Positions 7,590 to 16,331 of a stretch of 48,533 nt of DNA are shown here, in pieces. Position 1 is the first letter of the stretch; each line of letters begins with the position of its first letter. The DNA comes from Actinomycetota bacterium (GTDB taxonomy: Bacteria; Actinomycetota; Acidimicrobiia; Acidimicrobiales; Ilumatobacteraceae): the NCBI GenBank assembly GCA_052034175.1, contig JBPOIX010000274.1, positions 1 through 48,533 of the forward strand, read 5' to 3'. The position numbers and the translations under genes are program-made. The notes under the pieces are model-generated. The model was not told the origin of the DNA. It ran no database searches and saw only the letters and a program-made list of their open reading frames with translations.

Positions 7590-8650
7590 GCGGTATCGGG
7601 CTCCGGGTGTGGTGATCGGGCAGGTTTGCGGGCGGTGGAGAGCTGGGCGAGGAACACGAGGAACCGGGCAGTCAGTGCGGTGCCGATGCCCAGGCACAGC
7701 ACGGTCGCGATTCGTGTCCACGCCGCCGGCAAGTCGCTGAAGACTTCGCTGCGGGTGATGACGTCGAATCGGTCGAACCCACCCATGAGGCCCAGCACGA
7801 GTCCGGCGACGAACATCGCGAGCGTCGGTTCAGGTGTCCGGCGCCGGGCGTGCACGACGAGACGCACGGTGGCCCATGCGGCGGCGGCTGGGTAGGCGAA
7901 CTCCCATATCCGGTTGGCGAGGGTTTCCGAGGACAGGGCGACGTAACCGGCGGTGTCGATGGTGAACGCAAGAGTGCCGATGGACGCCGACGCGGCAGCC
8001 GCGACGAGAGACCATCTGCTCCACAGCAGTCCGGCGGTCACGACCGCGATGAGTACCGCGGCGGCGGTCCACGGGATGAGCGACGGTGGAGGGGTCCATG
8101 TCAGTGTGCCGGCGACCACGTCGGGCTGACCGGCGATCGTCAGCGGGATCTCCCACCGCTCGATGATCACGTGGCGTTGGTCGGGTTGTTGTTGGACCTG
8201 GACCGGAGGTGTCGTGCTCATCCAGTGGGTGCGGTGGTCGTGCCAGCGTGCCGTCCGGCCGGCCGACAGTTGGGCCCACTCCGGGGTGGCGTCGGCGTCG
8301 GCGGTGGCGGGTGGATCGACGTTGGCGTAGCGGTCCTGATTGAGGTACGTCGCTGGTGATCGCTGGTTCTGGTACACGCCGGAGCTGTCGAAACGCAGGT
8401 ATGGCTCGTTCTCGTATCCGTCGACGATCAGGGTGCCGGCCCCTGTCCAGGTGAGCTCGATGGTGCCGTCGATGTCGACGACGTCGACGCTCAAGCCGTC
8501 GATCTGGGGCACCTCGGCCAGGCTGGTGCGGTAGTTGGAGGTGACGTTGGCGTCGGCGGCGCCGCCGTGGGCGGCGGCCGGTGTGGCGGGGACGACGGCG
8601 AAGGCGATAGCGGTGAGCGCGACCGCGACGCGCCACGTCGAGCGGGTCAT
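7586..8650 (-). CDS. Conserved-looking hypothetical protein: secreted N-terminal domain plus about 5 C-terminal TM helices
   Basis: The signal peptide ends AAA|HGG. It is followed by an extracytoplasmic domain of about 190 aa and then hydrophobic helices. 4-nt overlaps link it to the copC/copD gene and the DUF3105 gene. Confidence 0.7.
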   Translation of the reverse strand: MTRSTWRVAVALTAIAFAVVPATPAAAHGGAADANVTSNYRTSLAEVPQIDGLSVDVVDIDGTIELTWTGAGTLIVDGYENEPYLRFDSSGVYQNQRSPATYLNQDRYANVDPPATADADATPEWAQLSAGRTARWHDHRTHWMSTTPPVQVQQQPDQRHVIIERWEIPLTIAGQPDVVAGTLTWTPPPSLIPWTAAAVLIAVVTAGLLWSRWSLVAAAASASIGTLAFTIDTAGYVALSSETLANRIWEFAYPAAAAWATVRLVVHARRRTPEPTLAMFVAGLVLGLMGGFDRFDVITRSEVFSDLPAAWTRIATVLCLGIGTALTARFLVFLAQLSTARKPARSPHPEPDTA

Positions 8651-10314
8651 CGTTGGCGGACCTCGAGCTCACCGGTGAACACGACCTGGTCGAACTCGCC
8701 GTAGCGGGCGGTGACGGTGACCTCCCAGACGCCGGGAATGGGGAAGTCGGCATCGTTGGTCGTGACGTGATTGGGTCCGGCAACCGTGGTGTCGATGTCG
8801 ATCGGCCCGACACCCTGAGCCGGCATCACGGCGGTGACGGTGATCTCGTCGGCGCGATCGCTGAGCCCGCCACCGGGTGAGGTGATGGTGACGTGCATGG
8901 TCGTGCCGCCGGTGATGGCCGGTTCCAAATCGATCTGGGCGATGCGTTCCCCCTGCACCACCGACACCGACGCTGTGGCCGGGGCTTCACCGACCACTGC
9001 GTCGACCGGCGGAGGCGACCCGACGAGCACGCTGGTGATACCGAGGATGATCAGCGCGCCCACTGCCTCGGCTGTCACGGTTCTCGTGAGATGCCGTGAC
9101 CCACGCTGAACTCCATCATCATCGCCTGCGGGGGCACCCACGTTGCTGTCGTCGGCGTCGTTGTCGTGGCGGAGCAACCATCGGCTGACCGATGCGATCG
9201 CGACCACGACGATGACGACGACCAATTTGGTCAGCAGCGCTCGGCCGTAGGTGCTGTCGGTGAACCCGGACAGCGTGCCCATCTGCCGCCAGCCGTTGGC
9301 GACGCCCGTCACTGCCAACAGGGCCATCGCTCCCAGCGCGACCGGCGAGAACCTTGTCGCGGTCGACCAGAACCTGCGCAGCGGTGTGACGAGTAGCAAC
9401 ACGGCCAGGCCACCCACCCACATCGACATCGCTGCCAGGTGCCCGATCGACGCGGCAACGCCGAGCGGGGTGGCTCGACCCGAGATCGCATGACCGCCCG
9501 CGGCGGTGACGCCCAGCAGCGCAAGCGCCGCGAGCGCGGCACACCACCGGATCGGCCGGCTCGTGAGCAGGAACCGACGAAACACGATCGCGACGCCACC
9601 CAGCGCAGCAGCGAGCGCGCGGATGAGCCACCATCGGCCGGACGGGCTGTCGATGACGACCGCCCAGTCGAACCAAGACGCCCCGATCGTGGCCGCCTGG
9701 GCCGAGATCATCAGGACTGTGCCGACGATGACGAAGCCCATACCCGCCCACAGCACGGTCGCAGTGCGGCGCGAGGTGAGCAGATCCCGAGCGCAGAGCA
9801 TGATCATGCTCGCCGACCCGAGGCCGAGGGCGAGGCCGAGATAGCTGAGCACGCGACCGATTCGGATCCATTCACCGTTCGGTGCTTGTGTGCCGGTGTT
9901 GTTGAGGGTGTTCTCGATCAGGTTCGGGTCCGTTGCGTCGGCCTCTCCCACAGAGAACAGGAACGCTCCACTGATGGGATGCGAGTCCACCGACACGGCT
10001 CTCCAGGCAACGACATACGTGCCGTCGGCGAGTGTGGCTTGAATTTCGACCGACAGCGTGTCGTTGCCGCCTGACTGCGTCACCTCTCCGACGGCGAGCG
10101 CTCTCCCGTCGCTGTCCACCAACCGAATCGCGTCGACCGTGGGTGTGACGTCCTCGGTGAAGGTCAGCACGATCTCGGTCGGCGCGGTGGGCAGCACCGA
10201 GTCCGCCGCCGGCGTCGACGCCGACAGCTCGGCGTGGGCACTCGCGACCGACGCCGATCCACCGATGACCAGCACCAAGATCGCCACGCCGGCCCACCAT
10301 CGAGCACGCGTCAT
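8647..10314 (-). CDS. CopC-CopD fusion copper resistance/uptake protein (YcnJ-like) with C-terminal Ig-like domain
   Basis: Signal ASA|HAELSASTPA begins a CopC domain (VAWRAVSVDSHPISGAF). A multi-TM CopD-like region follows, then a soluble C-terminal beta-rich domain. Confidence 0.88.
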   Translation of the reverse strand: MTRARWWAGVAILVLVIGGSASVASAHAELSASTPAADSVLPTAPTEIVLTFTEDVTPTVDAIRLVDSDGRALAVGEVTQSGGNDTLSVEIQATLADGTYVVAWRAVSVDSHPISGAFLFSVGEADATDPNLIENTLNNTGTQAPNGEWIRIGRVLSYLGLALGLGSASMIMLCARDLLTSRRTATVLWAGMGFVIVGTVLMISAQAATIGASWFDWAVVIDSPSGRWWLIRALAAALGGVAIVFRRFLLTSRPIRWCAALAALALLGVTAAGGHAISGRATPLGVAASIGHLAAMSMWVGGLAVLLLVTPLRRFWSTATRFSPVALGAMALLAVTGVANGWRQMGTLSGFTDSTYGRALLTKLVVVIVVVAIASVSRWLLRHDNDADDSNVGAPAGDDDGVQRGSRHLTRTVTAEAVGALIILGITSVLVGSPPPVDAVVGEAPATASVSVVQGERIAQIDLEPAITGGTTMHVTITSPGGGLSDRADEITVTAVMPAQGVGPIDIDTTVAGPNHVTTNDADFPIPGVWEVTVTARYGEFDQVVFTGELEVRQR

Positions 10315-11036
10315 CGGCGCTGCCGCCGAGCTCGAACCGCGAGCACGGCCGCGACCGCCGCGATGGCCCCAATCGCGCCGATGAACACGAACGTGCCGGC
10401 CGACGAGTCCTTCCCGGTGTCCTCGACGAGCGTCGTGGTCGAGGCGGCCACTTCGGTCGAGTCCGTCGTTGCCGGAGCGACCGTTGACAGCGTGGTCGTC
10501 GCCGCCACCGTGGTTGCCACCGTCGTCTCTGGTGCCTGGGTCGTGGTGGTGGCTTCCGTGGTCGTGGTCGCCACCGGTCCGACGAGCCGCATCGCCGGTG
10601 CCGGCTCGTCGAGCTCACTACCGGACCCGTCCGACGGGATGGCGATCCAGCGGATCTCTCCCACCTCGCAGCGCTGGACGAACGGAAAGTAGATCGTCGT
10701 GTCTGGGGTCGGAGGCAGCGTCATCAGCACCCGGAACGTCAATTCCTGGTCGTCGGGCAGAGGACCGCCGACGAAGGTGATCACGTTCGACTCGACGGAG
10801 CCGGTCCATCCTTCGGGTGGTTCGGGCTCCGCGCTGGCGATCCCGTCAGGGAGCCGCATGTCGAGCTGGACGGTCGGTGAGCCATCGCATCCGTGCTGCA
10901 CCGTGAACCCGACGGTCAACGTGCTGCCGGCCTGGGCCTCCTCCGGGTCGGGATCGACGTGCGCCCACGCGGGAGAGGCGACCGACAGCACCACGGCGGC
11001 GGAGGTGACGGCGAGCAACGAGCGACGGAAAAACAC
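10311..11036 (-). CDS. ycnI: YcnI family (DUF1775) copper-binding protein with Thr-rich linker and C-terminal TM anchor
   Basis: Signal AWA|HVDPDP, then FTVQHGCDGSPT and FPFVQRCEVGEIRW. A T-rich stretch precedes FVFIGAIGAIAAVAAVLAV. Confidence 0.85.
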   Translation of the reverse strand: MFFRRSLLAVTSAAVVLSVASPAWAHVDPDPEEAQAGSTLTVGFTVQHGCDGSPTVQLDMRLPDGIASAEPEPPEGWTGSVESNVITFVGGPLPDDQELTFRVLMTLPPTPDTTIYFPFVQRCEVGEIRWIAIPSDGSGSELDEPAPAMRLVGPVATTTTEATTTTQAPETTVATTVAATTTLSTVAPATTDSTEVAASTTTLVEDTGKDSSAGTFVFIGAIGAIAAVAAVLAVRARRQRR

Positions 11037-11066
11037 AAGCGAGTCCTTCGAATAATGGGGTGGGGT

Positions 11067-11693
11067 TCAGGCGTGATGGAAGTGGTGGCGGCTGGGGGGA
11101 CGGTGGATCAACGGTCGAAACCTTCGGGGGACCGGCCGGCCGGCGAGCATCCAGACCAGCACTAAGCCGGCGATCTCGAGGATGTGATGTGCCTCGCTGA
11201 TCGAGGTGGTTCGACCATTGGTGACGTCGACCACTGCAGACACGAACATCGTCAGCGCGAGCGCGACGACGATCGGCAGAATCCCGAACGCTCTCGCTGG
11301 TCGCCACGCGACGTACAACAGGCCGATCGACATTGCGACGCCGAACGAGCCGAGGTGTCGTGCATCGTGCACCGAGGCGGCACCCTCGCCGAGCAGCAGA
11401 CCCGGTGTGGCCAACACCAGCTCGGTTGCTGCCACCGCGGCGAGCGACAGTCGAACCCATTGACGACGGCCCACGGTCGGCGGGTGGGCGCGAGCGAGTA
11501 CGCCCGTGGCCAGATCGGGAATGGTCTCGGCGAGACGCACCCGGAGGACGCGGTTCACCTGCCCGATCTCGGTCCACCAGGCCTGGCATTTCGCGCAACG
11601 CCCGAGATGCGCATTGGCGATGGCTTCTTCCTCGGTGGTCGACTCCTGATCGAGCTGCGCCGACAACAGCTCACGTATCGCTGCACACTCCAT
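11067..11693 (-). CDS. Zinc-binding (ZAS) anti-sigma factor, multi-pass membrane protein with His-rich C-terminus
   Basis: Starts MECAAIRELL and has the HLGRCAKC (HxxxCxxC) motif. About 4 TM helices follow. The C-terminal tail is HRPPSRHHFHHA. The upstream part of ORF 11067..11807 was rejected. Confidence 0.8.
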   Translation of the reverse strand: MECAAIRELLSAQLDQESTTEEEAIANAHLGRCAKCQAWWTEIGQVNRVLRVRLAETIPDLATGVLARAHPPTVGRRQWVRLSLAAVAATELVLATPGLLLGEGAASVHDARHLGSFGVAMSIGLLYVAWRPARAFGILPIVVALALTMFVSAVVDVTNGRTTSISEAHHILEIAGLVLVWMLAGRPVPRRFRPLIHRPPSRHHFHHA

Positions 11694-11704
11694 GGCTGAC
11701 GTGT

Positions 11705-11728
11705 GTCGTGGGCAACTGGCAAAGTTCC
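11705..11728 (-). promoter_or_regulatory. Candidate ECF-type promoter upstream of the anti-sigma / copper operon
   Basis: The minus strand reads GGAAC-N15-CGAC, ending about 11 nt before the anti-sigma ATG. It resembles generic GGAAC...CGTC ECF promoters, but the spacing is short by 1-2 nt. Confidence 0.25.
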
Positions 11729-11752
11729 CGACCGCCCAGGCAGAATTGCCCG

Positions 11753-12277
11753 ATGCACGATCTGGACCGACTCGCGACCGACGCCGCCGCTGGCGACCGA
11801 GCCGCACTCGATCGGTTCATCCGCTCCATCCAGGCCGACGTGTGGAGGTTCTGCGCACACCTCACCCGCCCCGCCGAAGCCGATGACCTTGCCCAGGAAT
11901 CGCTGGTCAGAATCGTGACCCACCTGCAGCGTTGGGAACGGGGACCGGTGATGACCTGGGTCCTCGGTGTCAGCCGCAACGTCTGCTTCGAACACCTCCG
12001 CAAACGCACCCGCCGCCGCACCGACCCGGTGGCCGACTTCCCGACACGCACCGCTCCCGACACTCATGGTGCCGTCGAGACAGCACAACTGCTTGCCGCC
12101 CTACCGCTGGACCAGCGCGAGGCGATCGTGCTCACCCAGCTCATCGGACTTCCCTATGCGCAGGCAGCTGAAGTGATCGGCTGCCCGATCGGCACCATCC
12201 GGTCGCGAGTCGCCCGCGGCCGCGACTCGCTCGCCGAGGCCCTCTACGACGCACGCACCGCAACCGGCGAACGCTGA
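11753..12277 (+). CDS. ECF (sigma-70 family group 4) RNA polymerase sigma factor
   Basis: Starts MHDLDRLATDAAAGDRAAL. Region 2 reads DLAQESLVRIV...W and region 4 reads REAIVLTQLIGLPYAQAAEVIGCPIGTIRSRVARGR. Confidence 0.9.
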   Translation: MHDLDRLATDAAAGDRAALDRFIRSIQADVWRFCAHLTRPAEADDLAQESLVRIVTHLQRWERGPVMTWVLGVSRNVCFEHLRKRTRRRTDPVADFPTRTAPDTHGAVETAQLLAALPLDQREAIVLTQLIGLPYAQAAEVIGCPIGTIRSRVARGRDSLAEALYDARTATGER

Positions 12278-12298
12278 CCCCGGGCGGGCGCGCCACCA

Positions 12299-12318
12299 AC
12301 GTCGTTGCACCACGACGT
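12299..12318. terminator. Hairpin between convergent genes (possible bidirectional terminator)
   Basis: ACGTCGT-tgcacc-ACGACGT forms a 7-bp stem between the sigma stop (12277) and the lipoprotein stop (12328). There is no U-tract. Confidence 0.25.
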
Positions 12319-12327
12319 CGCGCGTTG

Positions 12328-13230
12328 TCAGGCGAGGTTGGTCAGGTGCTCGCGGAGCTCGCTCTCGTCGATGATCACATCCAGGCGTTCGACGATCTGT
12401 CCCGCTGCGTCGGTCAAGAAGATCACCGGCTCGAACGACAGCCCGGCAGCACCGACTGCCGGCGCAGCCTCGGTCGCGGTGTTGTCGGTGTAGACCTCTG
12501 CATGAAGGAACTTCAAGCTCGGATAGTCCTGAGCGACAGCCATCATCACGTCCAGTACCGGACCACAGATGCCGGTCTGGCAGAACGCAGGCGTCCCCAC
12601 CAGATAGACCACCGGTGTTCCCGCCGCAAGCGCATCGGTCAGCGTCACATCGTGAAACGGACACGCGGGCTGCCGCGTGCACACAGGGTCAACACCCCGA
12701 GGGTCAGCGATCGTCGGCGTGTCGAACGGCGCCAGACGGTCACCAGGCCCGGGGAACGACAAGCTTCCGGGCGTCGCCACGGTGAACGAACCGTCCCCCG
12801 TTGCTCCATCAGCTGTGACACGCAGCGTGTAGACCTCGGCTCGGGGAACATCGCCGCGGAACTCGTAGTACGGCCTCGGCAGGTTCACGTCACGACGACG
12901 ACCGGTCGTCGACGCGATCTCGGCACCCGACGCGTCCAACAGCACGGCCGAAACCTCTGCCGGACCCGCTGCGCGCAAGGTTCCGTCAAGATCTGCCAGC
13001 CCGAACACGAGCCGTCGACTCGATCCAGTCGTCACACTCGGTTCGTCGAAGAACCGCACCAGCGCCAACCCGGCCGACGGATCCGCCGTGCTCGGCTCTG
13101 TTCCGCCGGTGGAACTGGTCGAGGCCGAGTCCGAACCGCAGGCGGCGAGCACCAGCGTCCCCGTGACGCCGGCAAGGAGGACCCTGCGACTCAGCAGTAC
13201 GGGGGGCGGATCGAAACGACGGTCACTCAT
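12328..13230 (-). CDS. Tat-exported lipoprotein, function unknown (four conserved-looking Cys)
   Basis: Starts LLSRRVLLAGVTGTLVLAACGS (twin-Arg plus lipobox). Cys pairs occur in VCTRQPACPF and FCQTGICGP. Confidence 0.65.
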   Translation of the reverse strand: MSDRRFDPPPVLLSRRVLLAGVTGTLVLAACGSDSASTSSTGGTEPSTADPSAGLALVRFFDEPSVTTGSSRRLVFGLADLDGTLRAAGPAEVSAVLLDASGAEIASTTGRRRDVNLPRPYYEFRGDVPRAEVYTLRVTADGATGDGSFTVATPGSLSFPGPGDRLAPFDTPTIADPRGVDPVCTRQPACPFHDVTLTDALAAGTPVVYLVGTPAFCQTGICGPVLDVMMAVAQDYPSLKFLHAEVYTDNTATEAAPAVGAAGLSFEPVIFLTDAAGQIVERLDVIIDESELREHLTNLA

Positions 13231-13434
13231 ACGAGCACGGGTGTCGTCGGCACCACAGAAAGTTCCATCGAGCCGCCCACGCGCCGAGGGGTCAGGGTGC
13301 CGTCCCGCCGCTCATCATGTTGCCCATCCAGCCGGACATCATCCCGCTTTGCACGCGGTTGCGGTTACGGTGGTGACGACGGCCGAGTACCAGCGTGTCG
13401 TCGGCATCCGGCCACGATAGATCGAAGCGTCGCC

Positions 13435-13749
13435 TCACTCGACAGAGTCGAGCGCGGCCGCGATCTGCGCTGCTGTCGGCGAGCCCGCGTAGCCGTCTGG
13501 TGTGCGGTAGATGCGACATGACAGGCCGATCGGTTCGTCACCGACTGCGAAGGGATCGACGCCGTCGATCAAGATCGTCGGCGAACCGCGAAACGAGACG
13601 CGGTCGGCTTCCTCGGACGTTGTGACCAACTGATACTCGATGGTCAGCCCGACGCGGCTGGCGACCTCGCGCAGCCGCTCATCTGCTACACGCCAGTGCG
13701 GGCACTCCGGAAAGTAGAGCAACTGGAGCCGGTGGGAAGCCTGCGACAT
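13435..13749 (-). CDS. Thioredoxin/glutaredoxin-fold small protein
   Basis: Reads MSQASHRLQLLYFPECPHW...FRGSPTILIDGVDPF, a pattern seen in small thioredoxin-fold proteins. The start was taken at the second Met of ORF 13435..13782. Confidence 0.55.
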   Translation of the reverse strand: MSQASHRLQLLYFPECPHWRVADERLREVASRVGLTIEYQLVTTSEEADRVSFRGSPTILIDGVDPFAVGDEPIGLSCRIYRTPDGYAGSPTAAQIAAALDSVE

Positions 13750-13872
13750 CGCCAACAGCCTACGAGGGGCCTGAACCTCCAACTTCCGTTCAGCGCTACC
13801 GGCGCACCTCGTGCATCGCGGCCACCGTCGAGTCTCGGCAGAGTTGTTCGTCAGCGCCGGTATGCGGCCTCG

Positions 13873-14406
13873 CTACTGCACAACGCTCGGATCTGGACTG
13901 GAGCTGTCGACCGCCGACTCAGTCGCGGCGGGATGTGCCGCAGGGCTGAGCTGGGCGAGCACAAGCAGGAGGACGCCGGTCGTGATGGCGATGTCGGCCA
14001 CGTTGAAGGTTGGCCACCAGCCGACGTCGATCATGTCGGTGACCGCGCCATCGCTGATCCGGTCGACGAAGTTGGCGACCGCTCCGCCGAGAATGAGTCC
14101 GGCCGCGAACGGCGACGCGAACCTGCCTCTCCAGGTGGCCGCCGAAAGCACGGCGATGACGACTGCCGTGACGGCGAGCACGACCCATGCTGGGCCGGTT
14201 GCGCCGAGGCCGAACGCGACGCCGGAGTTGTGGCCGAGCTTCAAGGCGATCGGTCCCACGATGTGGGTGGGGCCGTCGTCGAGGGTCGCTTCGGCGGCCA
14301 GCTTGGTGATTCCATCGATGGTTGCCGCGCCCACAACTGCTGCGATGAGGAGTGCTCGCTGTCGGCGTGGCGCCGGTGTTGTTGTGGCTTGTTGAGAGGC
14401 CATCAT
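13873..14406 (-). CDS. lspA: Lipoprotein signal peptidase (signal peptidase II)
   Basis: Motifs GHNSGVAFG, GGAVANFVDR and FNVADIAIT in 4 TM helices. The start overlaps the upstream ATPase stop. Confidence 0.9.
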   Translation of the reverse strand: MMASQQATTTPAPRRQRALLIAAVVGAATIDGITKLAAEATLDDGPTHIVGPIALKLGHNSGVAFGLGATGPAWVVLAVTAVVIAVLSAATWRGRFASPFAAGLILGGAVANFVDRISDGAVTDMIDVGWWPTFNVADIAITTGVLLLVLAQLSPAAHPAATESAVDSSSPDPSVVQ

Positions 14407-16331
14407 CGACGGCGCCGGGCGGCGCGCAGGCCGTTTGTGATGACGAACAGTTCGGACAGTTCGTGGGCGAGTACGGCAACGGGAAGACTGAACAGGCCGA
14501 TCAGTGCGCCGGGCACGAGCACGACGAGGATCGCCAGGCCCAGCACGATGTTCTGTCTCACGATTCGACGTGTGCGTCGGCCGAGCTCGAGCGCGTCGAC
14601 GAGCTTGGCGAGATCGTCGCCCATCAGGGCCACGTCGGCGGTTTCGAGTGCGACGTCGCTGCCGGCGGTACCCATCGCGATGCCGACCGACGCTGCTGCC
14701 AACGCCGGCGCGTCGTTGACGCCGTCGCCGACCATTGCCACATGCCCGTAGGTCGCGGTCAACTCGCCGATGATGCGCGACTTGTCCTCGGGTTTGAGAC
14801 CGGCCTGGAAGTCGTCGACGCCGACTTGGGCGGCGACGGCGGCCGCGGTGCGGGGGTTGTCGCCGGTGAGCATCACGAGTCGTTCGATGCCGACGCGATG
14901 CAGATCGGCCATCGCCGCTGAGGCTTGTGGGCGAAGCACGTCGGCGATCCCGATCAGCCCGAGCGCTTTGTAGTCGCTCGCGGTCACGATCACGGTCTGC
15001 CCCGAACTCTCGAGGCGTTCGATCTCCTCGGCCAACCGGCCCAGTTCGACGGCGCTGTCGGTCATCAGTGTCGGTGAACCGATCATGATTCGACGCCCAT
15101 CAACGGTCGCGCGGGCGCCGGCACCGATCAATGCCTCGAAGTCCGACGCGGATGAGATGCCGATCCCGGCGGCCGCGGCCCGGGCGAGGACGGCTCGGGC
15201 GAGGGGGTGCTCTGAGCGTCGTTCGACGGCGGCAGCCGCCGCCAGCAGCGAAGCCTCGGACTCACCCGACGCCGGGACAACGCTGACCACCTGAGGATGG
15301 CCCTGAGTCAGTGTCCCGGTCTTGTCAAGTGCCAACACCTGCACCTGGGCGAGTTCTTCGAGATAGACGCCGCCTTTGATCAAGATCCCCCGACGGCTCG
15401 CTGAGCCGATCGCAGCGACGTACGTGATCGGGATCGCGATCACAAGCGCGCACGGCGCAGCGGCAACCAGAACGGTCGCGGCGCGCTCGGCCCACGTCGA
15501 CCAATCTCCGCTGGTGATGCCTCCGACAATCGCGATCGCGACTCCGGCAGCGAGGACCGCGGGCGAGTAGCGGCGCGAGAAGCGGGTCATGAACCGCTCT
15601 CCCCGACCCTTCTGCTCCTGCGCTTCGGTGACGAGATGGACGATCTTGGCGAGCGTGTTGTCGACGCTGGTCGCGGTCGTCTCGACAACGATCGAACCGG
15701 TCGTGTTCAACGTGCCGGCGAACACCTTGTCGCCCACAGCCTTCTCGACCGGCACCGACTCGCCGGTGATCGCCGCTTCGTTCAGCGCCGAGCGACCATC
15801 GACAATCAGTCCGTCGGTGGCGATCCCTTCCCCGGGCCGAACGACAAACCGGTCACCAACAGCCAACAGCTCGAGATCGATCTCCTCCTCGACGCCGTCG
15901 ACGAGACGGCGGACCCGTTTCGGGGCCAGGTCCATCAGCGCCCTGATCGCCCCGCGAGTGCGGTCGGTGGTGAACTCCTCGAGCGCTTCCGAGATCGAGT
16001 AAAGGAACGCCAGCGCAGCCGCTTCCTCCCACAACCCGAGCACGGCCGCAGCGACCGCGGCGACGGTCATCAGCAATTCGATACCGACCTCGCGCTCGCG
16101 GACCACTTCCTCGATCGCCTCAGCAGCAAAGAAACGGACACCCGCCAACAACGACGCCAACCACAAACCGATCGAGACACCATCGGCGGTGCCGCTCCAC
16201 TGGGCGGCATAGCCGGCCAGCAGCAGCAGCCCCGACAGCCCCGACCAGCGCACCTCCCGGCTCTCCCACAAATGCTGTGGTGCTTCGCCCTGCTCGTCGC
16301 TGTCAGAGACGAGTTCGTGCAGTGCCTTCAT
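14403..16331 (-). CDS. P1B-type heavy-metal ATPase lacking an N-terminal metal-binding domain, APC variant of the CPx motif
   Basis: Motifs AAPCALVIAIP, DKTGTLTQG, GDGVNDAPAL and HELSELFVITNGLR. There is no CxxC/HMA domain before the first TM. Start chosen at MKALHELV (16331, ATGA overlap with the ArsR stop). An alternative start lies at 16358. Confidence 0.9.
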   Translation of the reverse strand: MKALHELVSDSDEQGEAPQHLWESREVRWSGLSGLLLLAGYAAQWSGTADGVSIGLWLASLLAGVRFFAAEAIEEVVREREVGIELLMTVAAVAAAVLGLWEEAAALAFLYSISEALEEFTTDRTRGAIRALMDLAPKRVRRLVDGVEEEIDLELLAVGDRFVVRPGEGIATDGLIVDGRSALNEAAITGESVPVEKAVGDKVFAGTLNTTGSIVVETTATSVDNTLAKIVHLVTEAQEQKGRGERFMTRFSRRYSPAVLAAGVAIAIVGGITSGDWSTWAERAATVLVAAAPCALVIAIPITYVAAIGSASRRGILIKGGVYLEELAQVQVLALDKTGTLTQGHPQVVSVVPASGESEASLLAAAAAVERRSEHPLARAVLARAAAAGIGISSASDFEALIGAGARATVDGRRIMIGSPTLMTDSAVELGRLAEEIERLESSGQTVIVTASDYKALGLIGIADVLRPQASAAMADLHRVGIERLVMLTGDNPRTAAAVAAQVGVDDFQAGLKPEDKSRIIGELTATYGHVAMVGDGVNDAPALAAASVGIAMGTAGSDVALETADVALMGDDLAKLVDALELGRRTRRIVRQNIVLGLAILVVLVPGALIGLFSLPVAVLAHELSELFVITNGLRAARRRR

